From positions 4,732 to 68,731 of the forward strand of contig JAZQLI010000026.1 of NCBI GenBank assembly GCA_045542595.1: 64,000 nucleotides of DNA, in the 5' to 3' direction. Below, in pieces: positions 56,878-64,000 of the stretch. The notes beneath the pieces were generated by a model. It saw nothing but the letters and a program-made list of their open reading frames with translations, ran no database searches and was not told the DNA's origin. Positions within the stretch are counted from its first letter, which is position 1. Each line of letters begins with the position of its first letter. The position numbers and the translations under genes are program-made. Source of the DNA: Candidatus Scatosoma sp. (GTDB lineage: Bacteria > Bacillota > Clostridia > Christensenellales > Borkfalkiaceae).

Positions 56878-59499
56878 ATGGAAATGCAAAAGACGTATAA
56901 TCCTAAAGATTTTGAAGACAGAATTTACGCGGACTGGGAAAGTTCGGGTTATTTTCGCGCGGAAATCGACGAAAATAAAGTGCCGTTTACCATTATGATG
57001 CCGCCTCCCAACATCACGGGGCAGCTGCATATGGGACACGCTATGGACGCGACGATGCAAGATACGCTTATTCGTTTTAAGCGTATGCAAGGCTATGCCG
57101 CGCTTTGGCTTCCCGGTTGCGACCACGCTTCTATTGCCACCGAAGTAAAAATTGTAGAAAAAATGAAATCGGAAGGGCTTACCAAAGCCGACCTTGGTCG
57201 CGAAGGATTTTTAAAACGCGCTTGGGAATGGAAAGAACAGTACGGCAACCGTATTATGATGCAACAACGCAAAATGGGTACGTCGTGCGACTGGTCGCGT
57301 CAAGCATTCACGATGGACGAAAAATGCTCTCGCGCCGTTCGTGAAGTATTCGTAAACCTTTACGAAAAAGGACTTATTTATCAAGGGGACAGAATTATCA
57401 ACTGGTGTCCCTGTTGTAAAACCGCGCTTTCGGACGCGGAAGTGGAATACGCGGAAGAGGGCGGTCATTTTTGGCATTTGCGCTACGTCGCTACCGACAA
57501 CAGCGCGGAAGTTATCGTAGCAACTACTCGTCCCGAAACTATGCTCGGCGATACCGCAGTGGCGGTGCACCCCGACGATACGCGCTATCAAGCGCTTGTT
57601 GGAAAAACACTCACCTTGCCTTTGGTTGGTAGAGAAATTCCCGTTGTCGCGGACGAATACGTAGACCCTGCTTTCGGTACGGGCTGCGTTAAAATCACTC
57701 CCGCACACGACCCTAACGACTTTGAAGTGGGTACGCGCCATAACCTGCCTATTATCCGCGTTATGAACGACGACGGTACTATGAACAACCTTGCAGGGAA
57801 GTACGAAGGGCTGGATAGATACGAAGCGCGTAAGCAAATCGTTGCCGATTTGGAAAAGAGCGGCAATCTTGTGAAGATAGAAGCGCATACGCATAACGTA
57901 GGGCATTGCTACCGTTGTCATTCTACGGTAGAACCTATCGTATCCAAACAATGGTTTGTAAAGATGGAACCGCTTGCAAAACCTGCTATTCAAGCGGTAA
58001 TGCGCAATAAAGTGCGTTTCGTACCCGAACGCTTCTCGAAAATTTATTATAACTGGATGGAAAACGTTCGCGATTGGTGTATTTCCCGTCAACTTTGGTG
58101 GGGACACCGTATTCCCGTTTGGTATTGTAAAGACTGCGGCGAAGTGATTTGTACGAAAGAAGACCCCACCGTTTGTCCTAAATGCGGTAGTGCGCATTTA
58201 CGTCAAGACGAAGACGTACTCGATACGTGGTTCTCGTCCGCGCTTTGGCCGTTCTCTACGCTCGGTTATCCTGAAAACACGGCAGATTATAATTATTTCT
58301 ATCCCACCGACGTTTTGGTAACGGGTTACGATATCATATTCTTCTGGGTTTCGAGAATGATTTTCTCGGGGATAGAGCACACGGGAAAAGTACCTTTCCA
58401 CGACGTACTCATTCACGGTATTATTCGTGATGAACAGGGCAGAAAAATGAGTAAATCGCTGGGCAACGGTATCGACCCCTTAGTGGTTATCGAAAAATAC
58501 GGTGCAGATTCGTTGCGGTTGTCTTTGCTCACGGGTGTTGCGCCCGGTAACGATACTCGTTATTCGGATGCGAAAGTGGAATCTTGTCGCAACTTTATCA
58601 ATAAGCTTTGGAACGCGGCGCGTTTCGTGCTGATGAACGTAGGGGATAGAAAAATTGCGCCTATCGAAAGCGTGAAATTAACGCCTGCGGATAAGTGGAT
58701 TGTTTCTAAACTGCAAACGTGCATTCGCGAAGTAACCACTAACTTGAATAAATACGAACTCGGTGTAGCAAGCGACCTTGCTATGAGTTTCGTTTGGGAC
58801 GATTTTTGCGATTGGTATATCGAGCTTTCCAAGCCTGCATTATACGCGGAAGACGAGAAGAAAAAATCGGACGCGCTTTCGGTGCTTTGCTACGTTTTGG
58901 AAAACGCGCTCAAATTGTTGCATCCGTTTATTCCGTTCGTTACCGAAGAAATCTATGCAAATCTTCCGGGCGTAACGGGTAGCATTATGGTTTCCGAATT
59001 CCCCCGTTATAACTTCAAGGCTTCTTATAAAAAGGAAGCAAAGGCGTTTGAAGGGGTTATGGAAATGATAAAAGCCGTGCGCGCTATGAAAAAGGACGCC
59101 GATTGTCCCCCTTCTAAAAAGGTAGAACTGTTTGTCATTACCGAAAATAAACGCCTTGTAACTTTGAATAAAGACTGTATTATCAAGCTTTCGGGGGCGA
59201 GTGCACTCACGCTTGTAGACGACGCCGCTTTGGCAGGGGATAAAACGGTTTCCGCGGTAACTGAAATTGCGCAAATTTACGTACCGCTTGGAGAACTTGT
59301 CGATTTGGAAAAAGAAAAAGCCCGTTTGCAAGCGGAAATCGAGCGTATCAACGGGGAAATTGCCCGTGCGGAAGGTAAGCTCGCCAACGAGAAATTCGTC
59401 AGCAAAGCGCCTAAAAAGTTGGTAGACGACGAACGGGAAAAATTGAAAAAATATTGCGATATGAAAGCTAAGTGCGTAGCGCAGTTGGAAAGCTTATAA
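56878..59499 (+). CDS. valS: valine--tRNA ligase
   Basis: [14 protein letters not shown] (HIGH), KMSKSLGN (KMSKS), the CP1 editing domain, and a C-terminal coiled coil. A GAGGG RBS lies 8 nt before ATG 56878. Confidence 0.95.
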   Translation: MEMQKTYNPKDFEDRIYADWESSGYFRAEIDENKVPFTIMMPPPNITGQLHMGHAMDATMQDTLIRFKRMQGYAALWLPGCDHASIATEVKIVEKMKSEGLTKADLGREGFLKRAWEWKEQYGNRIMMQQRKMGTSCDWSRQAFTMDEKCSRAVREVFVNLYEKGLIYQGDRIINWCPCCKTALSDAEVEYAEEGGHFWHLRYVATDNSAEVIVATTRPETMLGDTAVAVHPDDTRYQALVGKTLTLPLVGREIPVVADEYVDPAFGTGCVKITPAHDPNDFEVGTRHNLPIIRVMNDDGTMNNLAGKYEGLDRYEARKQIVADLEKSGNLVKIEAHTHNVGHCYRCHSTVEPIVSKQWFVKMEPLAKPAIQAVMRNKVRFVPERFSKIYYNWMENVRDWCISRQLWWGHRIPVWYCKDCGEVICTKEDPTVCPKCGSAHLRQDEDVLDTWFSSALWPFSTLGYPENTADYNYFYPTDVLVTGYDIIFFWVSRMIFSGIEHTGKVPFHDVLIHGIIRDEQGRKMSKSLGNGIDPLVVIEKYGADSLRLSLLTGVAPGNDTRYSDAKVESCRNFINKLWNAARFVLMNVGDRKIAPIESVKLTPADKWIVSKLQTCIREVTTNLNKYELGVASDLAMSFVWDDFCDWYIELSKPALYAEDEKKKSDALSVLCYVLENALKLLHPFIPFVTEEIYANLPGVTGSIMVSEFPRYNFKASYKKEAKAFEGVMEMIKAVRAMKKDADCPPSKKVELFVITENKRLVTLNKDCIIKLSGASALTLVDDAALAGDKTVSAVTEIAQIYVPLGELVDLEKEKARLQAEIERINGEIARAEGKLANEKFVSKAPKKLVDDEREKLKKYCDMKAKCVAQLESL

Positions 59500-59509
59500 G
59501 GAAGTGGCT

Positions 59510-60823
59510 ATGTTGACGACGTGTAAATTCGGCGGAACTTCGCTTGCTTGCAGTGAAAATATCCGCCGCTGTTGCGACATAGTACGGGCGGATGAAAACC
59601 GTAAGTTTATCGTGGTTTCCGCTCCGGGTAAAAAAGATAAAAACGCCACGAAAGTAACCGATTTACTGTTGGCGTGCTACGAAAACCGTTTTAATGAAGA
59701 CGCTTTTAACAAATTATTTTTGCAAATGGAAGAGATATTTAAAGAAATTTCTTCCCTTGTACCTGCGTTTCCCATTGAAGAAGAATTGCAAACGGTTTAT
59801 AAACAAATAAAAAACTCCGAAGCGAATATCGATTTCGTTTTATCGCGCGGGGAATATTTAAACGCGAAAATTATCGCAAGCTGCTTAGGGTACGAATTTT
59901 TAGACGCGGCGAAATTTATTCGCTTTCATAAAGGGGAGTTGGATATGCGCGCGACGATAGCTTGCGCGAAAAACGTATCTATAGACAGGCGTTACGTCAT
60001 TCCCGGGTTTTACGGTTTGGACGAACACGGGCATATAAAAACGTTCAGCCGCGGCGGTAGCGATATTACGGGCTCTGTCGTTGCAAGAGTTTTCGGCTGT
60101 GATTTATACGAAAACTGGACGGACGTAGACGGTATTCGCGTGTGCGACCCGAAAATCGTGGAAAACAGTAAAAAGGTAGACCAGGTATCGTTTAGAGAAC
60201 TGCGTGAAATGTCGTATATGGGTGCGTCCGTGTTGCACGCGGAAACGCTTTTGCCAATCGTAGACGAACCTATTCCCATCGTTATCCGCAACAGTTTTGC
60301 GCCGCAATTAAAAGGCACGCAAATCTTGAAAAAGCGTACGGAAGTTTCGTTGCGAGAAACAATTACTTGTATTACGGGCAAAAACGATTATACCTGTATC
60401 CAAGTATCTAAAATGATGCTGGATAAGGAGCTGGGTTACGTTAAAAAGGTAACGGCGGTATTCGAAGAATATCACATCAGCATTTCACATACCCATTCGG
60501 GGTTGGATAATATTTGCTTTTTCGTAGAGCAATCGCAATACGTACATATTTCCTTTACCGACTTTTTGGCAGTCTTGCGTTCGCGCATAAACGCGGATAA
60601 AGTAGTGGGGCACGAAAAGATAGCGCTTTTGGCAGTTATCGGGCATAATTTGTCGGGCAAGGTGGGGATACTCGCGAAAATATTCAACGCCTTAAAAGAA
60701 AAGGATATCAGCGTAAAAACGATATACCAAAGCATTAGCGAATGTAATATTATTATCGGCATTGAAAACAGTCGGTTAAGCGATTGTATTCGTGCTATAT
60801 ACAAAGAATTGATAGAAAATTAA
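59510..60823 (+). CDS. aspartate kinase
   Basis: CKFGGTSLA N-terminal kinase motif, VVSAPGK, and two C-terminal ACT-like domains. The start is either ATG 59510 or GTG 59504. Confidence 0.85.
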   Translation: MLTTCKFGGTSLACSENIRRCCDIVRADENRKFIVVSAPGKKDKNATKVTDLLLACYENRFNEDAFNKLFLQMEEIFKEISSLVPAFPIEEELQTVYKQIKNSEANIDFVLSRGEYLNAKIIASCLGYEFLDAAKFIRFHKGELDMRATIACAKNVSIDRRYVIPGFYGLDEHGHIKTFSRGGSDITGSVVARVFGCDLYENWTDVDGIRVCDPKIVENSKKVDQVSFRELREMSYMGASVLHAETLLPIVDEPIPIVIRNSFAPQLKGTQILKKRTEVSLRETITCITGKNDYTCIQVSKMMLDKELGYVKKVTAVFEEYHISISHTHSGLDNICFFVEQSQYVHISFTDFLAVLRSRINADKVVGHEKIALLAVIGHNLSGKVGILAKIFNALKEKDISVKTIYQSISECNIIIGIENSRLSDCIRAIYKELIEN

Positions 60824-60835
60824 AGAAAAATTCAC

Positions 60836-60863
60836 GGCGAAAATGAAAAAATCGCCTTTTTTT
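60836..60863 (+). terminator. weak rho-independent terminator
   Basis: A 5-bp stem ggcga / tcgcc followed by seven T residues. Confidence 0.45.
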
Positions 60864-60927
60864 CTTTAAAACGCGTTTAAAATGCATAAAAATAGGAAAA
60901 AGTTTGAAAAAAAGTGCGTTCAAACGT

Positions 60928-60956
60928 TTGACAATACGTTTGGAAAATGCTAAAAT
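60928..60956 (+). promoter_or_regulatory. sigma-A type promoter of the str operon
   Basis: TTGACA, a 17-nt spacer, then TAAAAT with an extended -10 TG. This leaves a leader of about 140 nt before rpsL. Confidence 0.6.
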
Positions 60957-61100
60957 AATAAGGCTGTAGCAAAGGGGATACTATGCCCTTTTGTCCAAAG
61001 TGCGGCGGACAAGCCGCAAATAACTTCGCTTTCTTTGAAATTGCGGTAAGGGCAATTTCGAGAAAAATATATTCCAAATTTTTACAAGGAGGTCGACGAT

Positions 61101-61472
61101 ATGCCTACTATCAATCAGCTTATCAAGAAAGGTAGAGAACGGATTACCTATAAATCCAAGAGTCCTATTCTTGACAACTGCCCTCAAAAACGCGGCGTAT
61201 GTTTGTCCGTTACCACAACTTCTCCCAAGAAGCCTAACTCCGCTATGCGTAAGATTGCCCGTGTGCGCCTTACGAACAAGCAAGAAGGTACGGTTTACAT
61301 TCCCGGTGAAGGTCATAACCTTCAAGAGCACAGCTCCGTTTTAATTAGAGGCGGACGTGTTAAAGACTTGCCCGGTGTACGTTATCACATCATCCGCGGC
61401 GCGCTTGACACAGCCGGCGTTGCAAAACGTAAGCAGTCCCGTTCCAAATACGGCGCAAAACGCCCTAAGTAA
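61101..61472 (+). CDS. rpsL: 30S ribosomal protein S12
   Basis: [12 protein letters not shown]...[10 protein letters not shown]...VRYHIIRG. An AAGGAGG RBS is present. Confidence 0.97.
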   Translation: MPTINQLIKKGRERITYKSKSPILDNCPQKRGVCLSVTTTSPKKPNSAMRKIARVRLTNKQEGTVYIPGEGHNLQEHSSVLIRGGRVKDLPGVRYHIIRGALDTAGVAKRKQSRSKYGAKRPK

Positions 61473-61747
61473 TTTAGGTAAGCGCGTAGGGAACCAGCCG
61501 AAAGCATTTGCTTATCGGTAAGCGATAAAGGCGCTTATAAAATAAGCCTTTAAAGTCGGTTGCGTTTTAAGACGGTATAAACCAAAACGCAAAAGACCTA
61601 CTTGCAATCGGAATATAGCTCGAAAGCCCCGAATAAAAGTAGGCAGTATGCAACGAGAGTTGCAGAAGATTCGCACTTACAAATAAGCGCGATAGCTGTA
61701 CTGAAGGGTAATGCCCTTATCAAAATTATTTAAAGGAGGATAAAATT

Positions 61748-62218
61748 ATGCCTAGAAGAGGTAATGTCCCTAAAAGAGACGTACTGCCCGATCCTATGTA
61801 CAACAGCAAAGTTGTAACCAAGCTCATCAACCAAATTATGCTTGACGGCAAAAAGGGTACGGCACAAACTATCGTTTACGATGCATTCAAAATTATGGGT
61901 GAAAAATTGAATATGGAGCCGATGGAAATCTTCAAGCAAGCTATGGAAAACGTAATGCCTGTTGTAGAAGTTAAAGCCCGTCGTGTAGGTGGTGCTAACT
62001 ACCAAGTTCCTATCGAAATCAGACCCGAAAGACGTCAGACGCTTGCAATCCGCTGGCTTGTTATCAACACCAGAAAGAGAAGCGAAAGAGAGATGTCCGC
62101 TCGTTTGGCGGCGGAACTTATGGACGCGTACAACAACGCAGGTGGTTCCGTTAAGAAGAAAGAAGACACGCATAGAATGGCTGAAGCGAACAAAGCATTC
62201 GCTCATTTCAGATTCTAA
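61748..62218 (+). CDS. rpsG: 30S ribosomal protein S7
   Basis: MPRRG...[14 protein letters not shown]...[16 protein letters not shown]. An AAAGGAGG RBS is present. Confidence 0.97.
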   Translation: MPRRGNVPKRDVLPDPMYNSKVVTKLINQIMLDGKKGTAQTIVYDAFKIMGEKLNMEPMEIFKQAMENVMPVVEVKARRVGGANYQVPIEIRPERRQTLAIRWLVINTRKRSEREMSARLAAELMDAYNNAGGSVKKKEDTHRMAEANKAFAHFRF

Positions 62219-62230
62219 AAGAGGTAAGAT

Positions 62231-64000
62231 ATGGCAAGAGAATACGATTTACTCCACACCAGAAACTTCGGTATTATGGCGCACATCGACGCTGGTAAAA
62301 CTACTACTACCGAACGTATCCTGTTCTATACGGGTAAAACGCACAAAATCGGCGATACCCACGAAGGTACTGCCGTTATGGACTGGATGGCGCAGGAACA
62401 AGAACGTGGTATCACCATCACGTCTGCGGCAACCACCTGTATTTGGAAAGGACACCGTTTTAACATCATCGATACCCCGGGCCACGTAGACTTCACGGTA
62501 GAAGTTGAACGTTCGCTTCGCGTACTTGACGGTGCGGTGGCTACGTTCTGTGCAAAAGGCGGCGTAGAGCCTCAATCCGAAACCGTATGGCGTCAAGCGG
62601 ATAACTATAAAGTTCCCCGTATCGCATACGTTAACAAAATGGATATCAACGGCGCGGACTATTTCCGCGTAGAAAAGATGATTCGTGAACGCCTTGGCGC
62701 TAACCCCGTTATCATCGAATTGCCTATCGGTAAGGAAGAAACCTTCCGTGGTATCGTTGACCTTATCCGTATGGAAGCCGAAGTATATTATGACGACTTG
62801 GGTAAGGATTTCCGTAAAGAACCTATCCCTGCCGATATGGTGGACTTGGCAAATGAATACCGTGCAAAACTCGTTGAAGAAGCGGCTTCCGCTAGCGACG
62901 AGCTTATGGAAAAATACTTCGAAGAAGGGGATTTGTCTGAAGAAGACATTATTGCGGGCTTGCGTGCGCGCTGCTTGCAAATGGAGGCAATTCCTATGCT
63001 TTGCGGTTCGTCCTATAAAAACAAGGGCGTACAATTCCTTCTCGACGCGGTTATCAACTTCCTTCCCAGCCCCTTAGACGTTGCACACGTGAAAGGTACG
63101 AACCCTGATACCGGCGAAGAAGAAGAAAGAAGAACGGCTGACGACGAACCTTTCTCCGGTCTTGCATTCAAAATTGCAACCGACCCGTTCGTAGGCTCGC
63201 TTGCATATTTCCGTGCATATTCGGGCGTTTTGGAAGCAGGTTCTTACGTGTATAACTCCACGAAGGAAAAGAAGGAACGTGTTGGTCGTTTGGTGCAAAT
63301 GCACTCTAACGAAAGAAAGGATATTCCTGAAATTTGTTCGGGTGATATCTGCGCTATCGTAGGTTTGAAATACACCACTACGGGTGATACGCTTTGCGAT
63401 GAAAAGCATCCCATCATTCTTGAAAAGATGGTATTCCCCGAACCGGTTATTCAGCTTTCCCTTGAGCCCAAAACCAAAGCAGGTCAAGAAAAAATGACTA
63501 TGGCGCTTATCAAGCTTGCGGAAGAAGACCCTACGTTTAAAACGTATACCGACCAAGAAACCGGTCAAACGATTATCGCAGGTATGGGCGAATTGCACCT
63601 TGATATTATCGTTGACAGACTTTTGAGAGAATTCAAGGTAGAAGCAAACGTCGGCGCTCCCCAAGTTGCATACAGAGAAACGTTCCGCAAAGAAGTGGAA
63701 GCAGAAGGTATGTACAAGCGTCAATCGGGTGGTAAAGGTCAATACGGACATTGTAAAATCCGCTTGATTCCCCAAGAACCCGGTCAAGGCTACGCATTTG
63801 AAGACGAAACGGTTGGTGGTTCTATTCCTAAAGAATATATCCCCGCAATCGACAAGGGTATCCAAGAAGCGGCGAAAAATGGTTACCTCGCAGGCTACGA
63901 AATCGTGGACTTCAAGGTTGTCGTATACGACGGTTCGTATCACGAAGTCGACTCGTCCGAAATGGCATTCAAAATTGCAGGTTCGATGGGCTTCAAAAAC
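62231..64000 (+). CDS. fusA: elongation factor G (3' partial, runs off the window)
   Basis: My own translation from ATG 62231 gives [71 protein letters not shown]. The frame is open to nt 64000. It is absent from the ORF track because there is no stop in the window. Confidence 0.95.
   Translation, partial: MAREYDLLHTRNFGIMAHIDAGKTTTTERILFYTGKTHKIGDTHEGTAVMDWMAQEQERGITITSAATTCIWKGHRFNIIDTPGHVDFTVEVERSLRVLDGAVATFCAKGGVEPQSETVWRQADNYKVPRIAYVNKMDINGADYFRVEKMIRERLGANPVIIELPIGKEETFRGIVDLIRMEAEVYYDDLGKDFRKEPIPADMVDLANEYRAKLVEEAASASDELMEKYFEEGDLSEEDIIAGLRARCLQMEAIPMLCGSSYKNKGVQFLLDAVINFLPSPLDVAHVKGTNPDTGEEEERRTADDEPFSGLAFKIATDPFVGSLAYFRAYSGVLEAGSYVYNSTKEKKERVGRLVQMHSNERKDIPEICSGDICAIVGLKYTTTGDTLCDEKHPIILEKMVFPEPVIQLSLEPKTKAGQEKMTMALIKLAEEDPTFKTYTDQETGQTIIAGMGELHLDIIVDRLLREFKVEANVGAPQVAYRETFRKEVEAEGMYKRQSGGKGQYGHCKIRLIPQEPGQGYAFEDETVGGSIPKEYIPAIDKGIQEAAKNGYLAGYEIVDFKVVVYDGSYHEVDSSEMAFKIAGSMGFKN

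Noticed and set aside
60983-61135. A 50-codon ORF in the rpsL leader beginning MPFCPKCGG (zinc-ribbon-like CPxC).
   Set aside because: It has only one CxxC pair and runs into and overlaps the rpsL start in another frame. Its RBS is weak, and the same bases form the leader hairpins. It is most likely non-coding.

Overview
This 64-kb window looks like core chromosome from a spore-forming Firmicute, most likely of the class Clostridia. The evidence for that placement is yabP-yabQ-divIC, a Bacillus-type large SRP RNA with an Alu domain, an ECF transporter module, and HisZ with a short HisG. Genes are densely packed and mostly on the + strand.

Reading left to right on the + strand:
- a ferritin-like protein (5' partial), a TrxR-like flavoprotein and dinB
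- SRP RNA (ffs, on the - strand)
- an Mrp/NBP35 protein and a ComEC-type MBL hydrolase
- a fused ecfA1-ecfA2 gene, then ecfT and truA
- mnmE, a LysR regulator, lepA-hemW, aroK, a panE-like gene and gltX

A small - strand cluster follows (HPr-like, DUF4364, TIGR03905). Then:
- a NUDIX hydrolase and a DAG-kinase-like lipid kinase
- an ECF S component with coaX, then hom and a UPF0597/cysteine-desulfidase-like protein
- a contiguous serC-serA-hisZGDCBHAFIE block
- guaB-thrH-guaA, where guaA encodes the ATP-pyrophosphatase half only
- an amidohydrolase, YihY, a RecD-like helicase and a ttcA-like gene
- yabP-yabQ-divIC, Ppx/GppA, malQ and a maltodextrin-type ABC transporter
- a - strand NitT/TauT-type ABC transporter
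- valS, aspartate kinase, and the start of the str operon (rpsL-rpsG-fusA, with fusA 3' partial)

I found no CRISPR array, transposase, integrase, phage module, toxin-antitoxin pair or recognisable defence system. I cannot support a claim that this window holds a new multi-gene system.

The features most worth a second look are:
- two orphan cysteine-rich proteins (140 aa and 71 aa)
- a GMP synthase gene without a GATase domain, separated from guaB by a ThrH homolog
- a thioredoxin-reductase-like protein lacking both NADPH-binding signatures
- a fused EcfA1-EcfA2 ATPase
- an unusually long (275 nt), hairpin-rich rpsL-rpsG spacer

All protein calls rest on motif and family recognition by eye from the supplied translations. 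No database search was run.
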